Of a DNA stretch of 64,000 nt, positions 37,486-50,443 are shown one piece after another. Position numbers and translations under genes: made by a program. Source of the stretch: Bigelowiella natans CCMP2755 (taxonomy: Eukaryota; Protista; Cercozoa); assembly GCA_000320545.1 (NCBI GenBank), contig ADNK01003270.1, positions 42,979-106,978 on the forward strand. Reading direction: 5' to 3'. The notes beneath the pieces are model-generated. The model had not been told where the DNA came from. It worked only from the letters and a program-made list of their open reading frames with translations, and searched no databases. The stretch's first letter is position 1. Every line of letters starts with the position of its first letter.

Positions 37486-40474
37486 TCCCAGCAGAGCAGG
37501 GGGGGGAGCAGAAATAGCAACACGGACATAACATACAGGAACTAAAGAAGACATGGCCAAAACCGCTGCTGCTGCTATCCAATCTTCCGCCATCAGCCCT
37601 CCTGCAATCGTTGACGCTGCTACCGGGATCAGTAGACATGCCGCCTCCAAGCCTTCCTATTTATTTCAAGCATTAGTTACACCATCGAAACGGGGGGACC
37701 CTAGGTATACATTCGAGTGTTCGGTCTTTAAAGTGCACAACGATCACGGCTTCGGCGATAATAACATTATCTGTAGCGAGAGGAGGGGGAGGAAAGGAAG
37801 CTGCAATGACGACGACTCCAAAAAAGTTGATGATGATTCTACCAATGGCATTAAAAAGGGGAAAAGTGATGATGATATTTTGGTGAGAAACACACGGAAA
37901 ATCCAAAAGGGAAGAAGAATGAAAATGGGGTTAAAGGGGGGGGGTGGTTGTGCGAGATGCGCAATTTTATTCAGCAAATGCAAAGTATTGGTTGCAAAAA
38001 TACAGGGATCAATTCTGTGCCTATGATACAACGCATGGATCAATTCTGAAGAGAGAAACATACGTATGGATCAATTCTGAAGAGAGAAACATACGTATGG
38101 ATCAATTCTGAAGAGAGAAACATACGTTGTATCATAGGCATCAGCTACGCTGGCCATCGAGCCTAAATTCATTCATCAGGTAGAGGCTAAGTACTACCTT
38201 TCTTCTTCACGAGAATAATAATTGAGAGGCAGACCCCAAAAGATCATCATCAGCATGGCCATTGTAAAGTATCGCTTTCATGATTGATGGTATACCATGA
38301 TGAGATGACAGGTTAATTGGGTATTTCGTTTTGAATCTTATCACTGCGAATACATGCTTGATTCTAAAACCCGTATTATTATTATTGTTATTATTATTAT
38401 TATTCTCTTTTGCAAACGACATTTGATTTAAGTTTATCAAATGTATATATTGAGGTCTTAATTTTACTTTTATCCATTCCACCTAATTTCAGTGCGGGTC
38501 TGTAGGGCACGTGATTAATATTTACATACGAGAAGGAGGAGGAAGAGGAACTGTTTCTGTTAAGGAACAAAGGTTGCAAGCCATTCAATCTTTGCTAGAT
38601 TGTGTTCACGAGAAGGCAAGGTATTAACTACTTTGCTATCTTATGCTGGGTATCTGTATGGTGTTGCGTACAACATTATTAGTTACTAACAATAGCAATA
38701 AAATTAGCATGAAAAATGGTGGTTGCTGGTGGGTGGTGAGGGTGAAAATGTTAAAAAAGTGATACATTTGAACATCATTCTCCGGAAACAAACCGCTGCT
38801 TTGCCACCACCACACCACCACCACCACCGTAAGCCCTTCTTACTGCGTTTCTTCTATTTTTCATCTTTTCATGACTATCATCACAAGTCCCCCGTACTAT
38901 TTTTACTACACCTTATCACTACCATCCCTCTGAATCCTTGCTTGTTGTAGTCTAAAAACAAAATCTGAATTGACTACCACCCTTATCACATCATCATCGT
39001 CGTCATCATCATCGTCATCGTAAAATCTGGAATAATTTGTCATTAGATCGCTGGGCTGCTACAAATGTTTGATTGATGCAAATGAATCATTAGCCAAAGA
39101 GTTGAAAGATCTAGGTACATACAAGATCAAAGGGGTTCAGATGTGTATGGAATTACTGCAGTTGTCATCTCAAGGAGAAAAGAAGCCCAGAAAACGCAGC
39201 TCGAAGAGGGACAATAAAGCCTCCTTTCCCCCCTCCTCATCCTCGGATGTTACAGCATTATCTACATCAGTATTAGCACCTGTTGTAGCACCGACTATTG
39301 GGGCAGGAGTATTAACCACAATGATCAAGATAAAAGGAAGGAGAGGAGAGGACAACGATGAAGCAGAGGAAGATGAGAAGCAGAAAACCGTCGCTGCTCC
39401 TTCTTCTTCAATTGTTCCTTCATCTTCTTCTTCTTCTCCTTCTTCTTCTCCTACTACTGCTACTACTACTACTACTACTACAGCTGTACCATCTGTGATG
39501 ATGAAGACGAAACCAATTTTCAGTTGTCATCGTATTACATCTGATGACTTTGACAAGGTTTGCACAGTAGCCTCTGAAATGACTACCAATACATCAACTA
39601 CTGCTATTGTATGGTTCTTGGATGGATTTGATGCAATTAATACTGCTATCATCGCAATTGAGTGTCAGAGAATAAGTAGTAGTATTGGTATGTGTGTAGT
39701 TGTCGTCATCGTTATCATCGTAGGCATCATCCATGCATGGCACCTCCTCACGCACTACTCGATATAATAACAAGTATTTTTTGCTTTAGGGTTTTTTAGA
39801 GCTTCTAGCACAATTAACCGTCGTTGGGGTCATATCTTCCAAATTATTCCAGGATCAATTGAAGGCCATTGAGTACTACTGATAATCAATAACAATGAGT
39901 ACTACTGATAATCAATAACAATGAGTACTACTGATAATTAATAGCAATGAAGATTCCAAACAAGCATCTGGACAAATTATAACAAAGAACTATTGCCGTG
40001 TTGACTATAAAGTATGAAGAATTTGAAGTGAAGTATTGAGAATGGATGGTTGGTTGTTTCTTTCAATGCTATTCTTCTCTATTTATTTAGTTCTCATACC
40101 GGGCAATACAGCTTGGTTGTGAGGCATCCTCAAATCGGAAGGATTGTGAGTGAAAACTACCATCAAATCAAGATGACGACGACGACGTCGAGAAATTAAG
40201 AGAAGAGCCTAAGAATAATGAATCGATTATTAAAGCAAACAAGCAAAGAGAGTATTTATAAAGTCAAAAGTAGCACAACTATCGATTATCTAATAGTACT
40301 CATCATCAAGACATATGTATTGATTCAACAACAGTGCCTGAATGGCCAAAATTGGTATGATCATTATCATCATCATCATCATCATGTTACTCCTCCTTAT
40401 TTTCGTCTCCTATTACTACCTTCCACAATACTCAAGGTTGCTACAGGTACTCTGTTAGTATTGAAACATAGAAG

Positions 40475-40506
<32 letters not shown>

Positions 40507-41021
40507 GGCAGGGTAGCAGTGCTGCTACTACTTCTTCAGACCTCAAAACTAAGGAAGCTGCCGAACAAAAAGACGGTGACGACAACAACAACTACAGTGA
40601 CAAAAAAAGAAACTCGTACCAAGAAAATGATAATAATGAAGATTATAATGAAGATGATGACATCGATCAAGAAGAGATTATTAATGTTGGCCACATTGAA
40701 GATGTTGTAGTTGATCGCCAGGTATCTATCAACCCCACCACACCATCATCATCATCATCATCATCATCATTATCATCATCATTATTAATATAGAATTGTA
40801 GTAAGATACACATACTAGTACAATATTTGGAGACAGAGAATCGAACAAATTGGCTGCTATATCATGGTGCTTTCTTCATTGTCAATATCCTCGTAATCGA
40901 CTTATGCTGTCAAAACCAACAACCTCAGTAAATAATGCCTGTTTGCATTATCATCATTATTATCATCATCATTTTATCTTCTCTTCTCCTTCTTCTCCTC
41001 TTTCTTCTTCTCTTTCTTCTT

Positions 41022-41054
<33 letters not shown>

Positions 41055-41299
41055 GCAGATTAGAGGACAGGGCTTGGGGAAGTTCATTCTTTCGAGCATC
41101 CTCTCCCTTGCATTGGACAAAAACTGCCAATGCTGTATATTAAATTGCGACCGGAAAAATATTCCTTTTTATAAGAAATGCGGGTATTATTACACACACA
41201 CAAGATGGTGATGAATATGTATACAGTAGTACCATGTCAATAGCTGCATTGATCGAAGAACAACGTGTCATCGCAAACATTAGTGAAATATTGTATTAG
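37220..41299 (+). CDS. Tandem GNAT protein with two glucosamine-6-phosphate N-acetyltransferase (GNA1)-like domains (spliced, 5' end uncertain)
   Basis: Domain 1: KVL|ASATLAIEPKFIHQ|CGSVGH ... LGCYKCLID. Domain 2: VATGTLLV ... VGHIEDVVVD ... RGQGLGK ... CILNCDRKNIPFYKKCGY. Confidence 0.75.
38018..38140. repeat. 3 x 31-bp tandem repeat enclosed by a 20-bp inverted repeat
   Basis: Unit GGATCAATTCTGAAGAGAGAAACATACGTAT. Arms 38018-38037 and 38121-38140 are 19/20 complementary. Confidence 0.9.
39870..39950. repeat. 3 x 26-bp intronic tandem repeat
   Basis: Unit TGAGTACTACTGATAATCAATAACAA. Confidence 0.85.
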
Positions 41300-41419
41300 G
41301 TTTGAGGAAAAGCTCATCGGCATGGCTCACTATTTCTAAAATTCGAGGGAGTACGTACATGGTGCAATGAATGCAAACGGAGAGATTGTGTATGTATTCT
41401 CCTATTACTTTGTCGCCGT

Positions 41420-42803
41420 TGTGTCTATTTCCCTCAAAAGTTGTTCTATCAGCCTATGCAACATACACGTATATCAGCCTCATTTGGCATGTATGCTGCA
41501 CATCGTGCCGGTGGATGTCATTATGCTGCTGTACGTCTCGCATGCCCCCATCAAAATTTAGTTTATTTGCTTCATTTTTGTGGGTCACATGGCATGTAAG
41601 CTTCATGTAGTGCGCAAAAGTAGCTCGTGCCGCAAGATGATAATGATGCATGAGTGATGATTGAGCATGCTAGCATGGCGTTTCTACGCACAGCGCTACT
41701 AGTTACGTACTGAATGTCAGTGCCAGCGAGCTGGATTCGAGCGATGCATGGGACGCACTAGGGAATGCGAACAATGCAGCTACATGGCAATCATTGTGAC
41801 TCAGGCAGGCCCACCTAGCGCAGCTTGCACACGCTAGTATGTGCTAGCAATCACCTCTAGAAGTGTGGTTTTTCATCATTGTTCTCATTGTTCATTGTTC
41901 TCCAGATCGATCTAGACATGAACTGTGCCAGTGTGTTGCCAACAAAGTCTTTCCAGAGCCCACATGCACCGGCTGCGCTGGGCTGTGCATCAGTGTGCAG
42001 TCACCATTCTAGCGATGGTCATCTTGGCACAACGCCGTGCAGTCTGTCGTCATGTTGCGTGCTGATGCACACGTTGTGTGTCCTGTTGCTGTGTCCATCA
42101 TCCGACCTCAAACCTGGCAAGCGTGTGACAGCTTGGTTGCACATGGAGGGGAACGCGCGACGCTAGCCAGTCACCTCGATCGCATGAGCTTGCAGGTCAT
42201 CCATTTTTGCACCTCCGTGGCCTGCAGATCGATGCAGAACGAATCCCCTTAACGGTCCTGCTAGCCTGCACCAGTTGGAAGAGGATTTGAATTCAATTGC
42301 ATCAATTGTCATCGTGTTCATTCAGACATTCCAACAAAATGTGAATGAATGAAAGAAGCAGTTCCAATGCTTGAATCGGAAGGAACATCAGACGTACCAA
42401 CCCAACCAGTGCACAAGCGCTGCTGACAAGCTGGAGCACCTCAACCGGCTGGGTGAAAGAAAGAAAGGAACTTGACAAAGGACTGCATTGGTGAGCAGAG
42501 CAGGAAGAAGGTCATCGAAGTGATCACTAGCGGATTTTGACTGCGAATGTTGGCATTGATTCGAATTCTAGTTGGATTAGTACACAATTTTACCAGAAAA
42601 CATCTAATTTCATGCAAGACAGTTACGACAGGAATGCTGTAACAGAAAAACACACACACAGCAGCAGCAAAACAGTCACATGTGATGCATTTCATCCTAG
42701 TGATTAGGCAACAATTTCATCCAGTTCAGAGCTGGAATGGCATCCAAACAACGAACCATCATCATCGTGCATTATGGACTAGGCGAGAATCAGGTGGGTT
42801 GCA

Positions 42804-42900
<97 letters not shown>

Positions 42901-43100
42901 AATCGATCATCATCTTGAGGCGAAACGTCATTGCAGACAAAGGATGGAAAGCAGGTGAAACTTGAAGTGAAAGAGAACGCCACCGTCAATGAAGCGATTG
43001 CAGCCTTGCTGGCGAAAGCTCAGGCAAGCAATTTCCCGTGCATTCGTATGTCACACGTGCATCCATCGCAAATAACAGCAACAGTTCTCTTTTTTCATCG
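41420..43100. other. TpA-depleted domain overlapping the 5' part of the ubiquitin-like gene
   Basis: TA is rare and mostly in CTAG. Exon 42937-43023 has no TA. Confidence 0.8.
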
Positions 43101-43488
43101 TTTTTCTTCTTTCCTGTAGGAAACTAAAACACAGCCCAGCGACTATGCATTGGCAGTAGAACACTCCAGGGATTGGCTCAATGGCAGTACGGCCCTCCCA
43201 ACGACGTGCAACATGTTTCGTGTTCTAAAGGGAGGGGTTACAGAATACGAGGGCCACGAGATCTTATTGAAAACCCTTGAAGGAAGAACTATTTCTCTGA
43301 AGAACATGCTGGACAGGGACACCATTCTGATGGTCAAGCGCATGGTAGAGGAGAGAGAAGGGATACCAGTAGAGACGCAGCGTCTAATTTTTGCGGGGAA
43401 TCAATTGTTAGACTTCAGGACCCTTTCTTCATACGGCGTTCAGAAGGACACTACTTTGCACTTAGTAGTCGCTCCAAAGAGCAAATAG
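42737..43488 (+). CDS. Di-ubiquitin-like protein (divergent UBL ending LKGG, then a ubiquitin-like domain without terminal GG)
   Basis: The second domain [50 protein letters not shown] is clearly ubiquitin-like. Three exons; the second intron is probably GC-AG. Confidence 0.8.
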
Positions 43489-43499
43489 ACAAATGAAAA

Positions 43500-45700
43500 A
43501 ATGTGAACTGTGCATCATTGCACGCTTACAGCTAAACGCTGTGAATGTGGTACGTGTCATGTGCGTGCCTTGGCACCTCTTCATTTGCACACAAATGACT
43601 GTAGGGGCTCACTGTGAAGCAACATGCCTCATATCATAACACGTTGATTTCTGCCGCACAATTCATGTGCTCGGGCCTAGAACGCAAACCCATCAACCAT
43701 TCTGATAATTTCAACATGTCCACAGCTAATGGAGCTGCACACCATGGATTGCCGTGCATCTCACATGCATGCATGTCCACGCAGCCCGGCTGCTGCTAGC
43801 AGCCGGGCTGCACGTCGTTGTCGTGGATTGTTCGTTGTGCATGCAATGTCAACGCAAGCACCAGGGCTGCATTGTGCATGGCATCATGGATTGCGCTGTG
43901 CGCCATCCAGCTAGCTAGCTAGATCTAGAGATGCCAATGGAGCAAGAAGCAAAGTGCGTGTGTGCAATCAATTCTCATGGGTTCCACTTTCATCACGATG
44001 CATGCATGTTGTTGCACATGCAGCCATGGGCGGCTACATCGTTGGGATGCTCTGCATGCATCGTCAGGGTGACAATTGAAAAGATTGCAAGGATTTCGTT
44101 GTGTCCATCTCATGCAAATGCAACGCACATGGAGCAGGCATGCGTGCTGGCAGCAAGCAGGGCACGCCATTGCTAGATGTGATTGGAGTCGACAACTAGC
44201 ATGTGCTACGTGCATGCATGTGTGCATGCATTGCTGCAGCAGATTCAACATTAGCGCTGTGGCCGCGCAGCATTGCACAGTCACATCTGGACATGAGCAT
44301 GACCAGCATTGAACAGTTTGATTTGATTCATGCATCACATCCGTCTTGCAGCAGCAGGTTGTGCAATGCGAATGCATTTGCACAATCTGCTGTGAGACTG
44401 AATCTGCTGCATGCATTGCTGCATGCAGCACGTGCGACTCCATGAGACTGCAATCACGTTTCTGGTTGGCATCGTTCGATGATGTGACAACACGTGCGCA
44501 CCAACATTGGCTAGCAATGGCATGCTAGCATGCCCCACTTGCTGCCGTTGTTGTGGGAAAAAGAAGCAATTCAGCGTGTCACAAGTCCGTCAAACCCGGT
44601 GATGACGGGGTTGTGAACAGTGCAGCGCTTTGCGACGCGCTTTGAAGCAGCAGGCAGTTGCAGTCAGATGACAGACATGCAATGCACAATGCATCATTCA
44701 GTCAAAGAAAAGTCATCAGAACTTGTCCGATGGCCAAACCTGAAAAAATGACCGAAATGTTGACCGAAATGTTGACCAAAATGTCCATTTTCAAGGCCTC
44801 AAAGAGTGAAAATTCACACCCGTTGTGCAGCAGATGCACGCTGCGCGTTTGTTCTCTGCCACATTTTGAATGCTGCTGCGTGTGCGTTTGACCAAATGTG
44901 ATGTGCACGAAAAATTTCAAAGAAATGCGAGCAAATCCAATGTCCATTGCATCGCATGACGCGCTTGGTCGCGCGCAAAAGCCTTCCAAATGCACATTCT
45001 GGCGATTCGTTACAGGTTTGACGGACTTGTGGTGAAACGACACCCTGACAAACGTGGTCCGCATTTGTCCACTGAACAGAGTGTTCATCACGTGTGTCAA
45101 GTGTTGAGGACATCAAGAATTGTTTGGAGCATGACTCAGAACACCATTGAAATTGCACAAGCAGCACGCGCAGGATCATCCAGTCATGCACGACCTGATC
45201 AAGTGCACTCGTTTGGTGCACATTGGCGGCGGGCGGTGTGATGACACGATGGGACGAACGTGATTGCAATGCACATGTAGCTGCAGCACGCATGGAAGAA
45301 GCCTGTGTGTCATTTGCGCACACATCGCGGAAAAATGAAACTTCAAAAAAATCATGCATGTTGATGTGATGATGTGTGTTCGAAATGAATGGATTGATGT
45401 TGATGAGCGTGCAGCACATGGGACAGCACATTGATTTCAAAGTGCACTCATGATGGACACACATGTAATGTGACAGTGACATGTGCATCAATGCATCCTC
45501 GCCGACGTGTGCGACAAAATTGCACAAGCCTCGCATGCATGCATGTGCTCATGACGCTACTCAATGGTTTGTTGGTTAATTGCAAGACATGCTAGCATGG
45601 TGCCTGATGCAGAGTTGATCATCTTACATCACATGCATGAAATTTGTGTCAAACATGTGATGATGATAATGATGATCTGCATCGGACATCCTGATTTGCT
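43500..45700. other. TpA-depleted intergenic domain
   Basis: About 15 TA in 43921-45660, and none between about 44530 and 45010. Confidence 0.92.
44582..45029. mobile_element. 448-bp MITE, probably Tc1/mariner superfamily
   Basis: Perfect 15-bp TIRs CAAGTCCGTCAAACC ... GGTTTGACGGACTTG, flanked by CA and TG (interpreted as mutated TA TSDs). A second partial copy lies at 7348. Confidence 0.8.
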
Positions 45701-45742
45701 CATATGAGCAGTTGTACAATCGTTGTTGCTAACATTTTACCA

Positions 45743-46492
45743 TTAGTAAATGAATGGAACGATGTGATACGGAACCTTCTTGCAGTATTTGTCCCAGTCC
45801 TTGCCATATTTGATCTTGCAGGCGTGCTCATCACGCATTTCCCTAAGCATCGTATTAGCAGCGACGGTTGAATATTTACATATTTTAAAGAATCGCTTTG
45901 TGGCAACTAAAAGGTCGTTAATAATGTGTGTGTGTTCTGTCGATTGAAAGGAGAGAGACTCATGATTGACCAAATACCACCTGTGAATCAGAAGACCTGC
46001 GAAGTAAATTGCATAGAAGTACGGAATAATGTGATCAAAACCACAAGGCAAACACCATGACCAAGCCATAACCCTTTTATTGAACAAAGGCAGTTGTTAT
46101 CATCATCGTGTATCACTTACATCGAAAGATGATGTTAATGACTTCAACGAATAGAATGTAACATAAATGAATTATATCTCAATAATATATTATATAGCAT
46201 TCTTAGAGGTAGACGATGATAATGATGATGATAACGATGATGGCATTGACAGGGATCCATAGGCGTGTGGAATGTAGTAAGTAGTGGTTGTCTCATGCAA
46301 GTGCGTTGTTATTCACTATACTTGCGTTGTAATTCACTATAATTTATTAAATTTGAGAAGGATGTTTCTGGTCAGTGATGACTTCTACTACTACTACTAC
46401 TAATAATAATAATAATGATAATAATGCGATAATGATAGAACAGATTTATTTAGCAGTATATACTACACACAAACACACACACACACACACAC

Positions 46493-46532
<40 letters not shown>

Positions 46533-46589
46533 AGATTGTGCATGCTGTAGATAGTGATCAGACAGAGATTAGTTAGTCTACAGAAATTA

Positions 46590-46633
<44 letters not shown>

Positions 46634-47219
46634 GTGTGTGTATATATTTATTCATATATGTAGTTTCTATTTTCTGAATTTATGTTGCCCTCCCTTTTTC
46701 TTTATTGTTGTTTCTCAGTGCTGCTGCTGCTGCTGCAAAAACAAAATAACGTAATACTAGTTACTACCAGTCGCCAAAGTAGTTGACGTGGCGAGCAATA
46801 CCCCACCAGCCACTAATAAGAAGCTGTGTCCCTCTTTCTGTCGGAAGGGTCTTGAGATGCTTTACGGCAGGGTCGTTTGGATTGGTTCGAAACTTGTTCT
46901 TTTGGCCATTTGCTCCTCTGTGATGATAGTGATCATCATGATGATAAAATCCTAGTATGTAATCGATGCTACTACTACCTGAAGATGGCCATACCAACGG
47001 CCTTGACGATTACAATCCAAACCACCTAATCAAATCGAAGAGGGTAGATCATGAGGAGAAAAGAATATTATTATGATAATAATAATAATATTAATAATAA
47101 TACTAATGCACAAAAACAAAGAGGGATGGGGATGGTGATCATAAGGAAAAAAAAAGTCCTCTTGTGTAGACACACACATATTTACATATGTTGCGACAAC
47201 ACACACACACACACATTTT

Positions 47220-47263
<44 letters not shown>

Positions 47264-47565
47264 ATAATATGTGTGTGTGTGTGTGTGTTAAGTATTGAAT
47301 ATGATGAATCTTACAACTATACGCGCATCATCAGCATCATCATCATCATCATCATCATCATCATGGGCTTCATCATCATCACCATCATCATTCTACTTAT
47401 AAATCTCTATTATTATCATTATTATTCCCTACTACTACTATTACTACTACTACTACTACTACTACTACCAACCATAGATTATGATAATGATGATAATGAA
47501 TTTTTTCCAGAGGCTATACTAAAAATATACTTAACATGTTTGTTTGTGCAGTGATTACTATCTCG

Positions 47566-47599
<34 letters not shown>

Positions 47600-48819
47600 C
47601 ACTGGAATTGGAAGATCTTTGCCAGCCTTAAACGTAACTAAGTAGCGAGCTTGCAGAGAATACGTAAAAGGCACCCACGCCAAATCGCCAAAGACAAGCA
47701 TAAAGCCAAATCCATCCTGGAGAATCACGACATTATCAATGTTGTTTCACCAAGGACTCACTTCCTTCTTCTAAAGAGTATTTCGATCATGATGACGATG
47801 ATGATGATGATGATGATGATAATGTGGACATCATAAATCCTAGTATTGCAATGCAACTACACGGGGGTTAACTTAACTACGTTCCCTCTCTGTTGTTTTT
47901 ATCATTATTCTCCATCTTTTCCGTATTATTTATTAATCATTATCATTATCATTATTATTATCATCATCATCATCCGTTTTTCCATCATTACTCATTGGTT
48001 CCAACCCCACCATCAGCAAGTAAGTGAGTGATTAAGTAAGTGATAATTCTCATATATGAATAAACTAAATGATAAATTGATAATAATCATTATTGCCACC
48101 GTAGTGATATCCATTGTCGTCAGAATAGCTCGTTCAAACCAAAGTGCATCTACCACCTAATTGAATATTCGAAAGAGAGAGAGAGAGGGGGGGGATAGGA
48201 AAGCAACAACAATAAGAATAAGACAATATGCCATTCCTTGTCAAATAAACCGAAATGGGGATGAGAAGATGAATGTTAAATTTTACATCAAAGTAGTAGT
48301 CATTGGATATGAAAATCATCGTATTGATGATGATGATGATGATGATGATGGTGATGATGGACACAAATCGTCTTCTTACAAACACATGTAAGTTGAAAGA
48401 TTTCTCTCTAATGTATGAGTTGAAAGATGTTGAGTACTTACGTATATATGAGTTGAAAGATGTTGAGTACTTACGTATATATGAGTTGAAAGATGTTGAG
48501 TACTACTTACGTATATATGAGTTGAAAGATGTTGAGTAGTACTTACGTATATATGAGTTGAAAGATGTTGAGTACTACTTACGTATATGAGTTGAAAGAT
48601 GTTGAGTACTACTTACGTATATGAGTTGAAAGATGTTGAGTAGCCACATGCTGTTACTCACGTGTCCTTTTATCACGTACACATTACAACAACAAAAGCA
48701 GCCATCAAGACGTTGAACCCTCCTCCTCCTCCTCCTCCTCCTCCTCCTCCTCCTCTTTGAGCTGCTGCTATAGTATCTATCTAATGTGCAGGGTCATGCA
48801 TGATATATGTGCGACATTA

Positions 48820-48852
<33 letters not shown>

Positions 48853-48932
48853 CAGTCTCTCTGTATTCCTTCAATGCACAACTAGCATTAATAACAGCCC
48901 AACCAATAAGACCTATCATGAGGTTAGTATTT

Positions 48933-48968
<36 letters not shown>

Positions 48969-50183
48969 GTGATGATGCCGATCACTAGCATCATCATTCG
49001 TTGGTTACTCGTCGTCAACAACATCTACAACAATAAAAATAATAATAATGATAACAAGAATAACACAACAACAACCAGGTCGCAGCTCACAGAATTGCTT
49101 TAGATCAAGATTCCCAATTCGTGGGTTAAGCTCATGTCCCATGAAGAAGTCGTATATCCAAATGCCGCTACTTCCTGGCTTTGCAAGATATCTTGAAGAA
49201 GAAGAAGAAGAAGAAGAAGAAAAAGAACGATAAACTATTCTATCATGTAGTATACGAAATGCGTAGATGATACTTGGCACCAGAATAATACGGATGATGG
49301 TGGTGTTAGTGTTATTATTACAGGCAAAGTAGTAGTAGTAGTAGTAGTGTGAGATCTACTTCTACCATAAGAACTAGTAAGACTCAAACTATTATGATTA
49401 GTACGGTGATGGAATGCTAAATCGGAGTCTTGCAGAAACGTAGAGAACGATTGACATTACGACTGAGAATATGATGGCTGCGGTCGCCAACTAGGGGAAG
49501 AAACAACAACAAACGACAGGATGAAGAAGAAGAAGAAGGAGAAGATGATGGTATGATTATGATGATTATTATTCGCATAAACACTGCTACTGCTGCTGCT
49601 ACTACTTCTAGTATTACCTCCAAGTAATTGTCATGGATCCAAACAAGATCCCATACTGCAAACTTGTGCCCCAATGTCTTACAGTCACAAAAAAGCGGAA
49701 AACAGCAGCAGAAGAAGGGGGCAGGATTTACATATATTCATAAATACATTTAGCACAAAAATAATAGCACGTTGTAATAATCAGCTTCATCATGAGATAG
49801 ATGAAGTTAATTCATAGCCCAGGATGGGTAGGATATAGATCAATGTGTGAGAGGCAATTCCACAAGTAGCTAGGTAGTTGTTGTAGCCTCCTGTTTAATT
49901 TCTAATATCATCACCATCGTCCATCATCATCATCATCATCATCACTTATCATTTATCATCACCAAAACTATTGAAGAGACTATTCCTGAAGAAAATCCAT
50001 TTAGCTTATACATCAACTTGTTTCCTGATGATACAAGAAAAGAAGATAATGCTAATATTAGGCAGTAGGAGCAGCAGCAGCCGATTGTTCGTTTGTGAGT
50101 CGCAACACACAAACAATTCACAGTTAGGTTCATGCAATAACTCTCTTTCTCTCTCTCTCTATCTCTCTCTCCCTCTCTCTCTT

Positions 50184-50232
<49 letters not shown>

Positions 50233-50412
50233 AACCTGATGGAAGCTTGACTCCTGGAACCCTCGGTGCGGGCAATAACCACCTGCTCACAATCAAATTG
50301 ATAATTGTTAATAATCACACACCACAATAGAAACCACCGTTTGATGAGAATCATGATGATGATGGTGATGATGATGATATGCAATGACGATAATGAGATG
50401 ACGGAAACAAAA

Positions 50413-50443
<31 letters not shown>

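Noticed and set aside
41900-42560. Possible decayed gene on the minus strand including a GSGKT Walker-A-like string
   Set aside because: The frames are broken and the motif is short enough to arise by chance.
43925-45536. Long overlapping ORFs on both strands (172, 132 and 240 aa) rich in Cys/His/Met/Ala
   Set aside because: By-product of TpA loss, which removes TAA/TAG stops and Tyr codons. They overlap a MITE and have no domain signal.
43921-45660. CpG methylation decay or classical RIP as the cause of the CA/TG excess
   Set aside because: CpG remains frequent, and TpA, which RIP would increase, is the missing dinucleotide. Not fully excluded for individual CA/TG differences.
48412-48642. 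CRISPR-like appearance of ~33-bp repeats (also 38036-38125)
   Set aside because: The repeats are contiguous with no unique spacers, lie inside eukaryotic introns, and there are no cas genes.
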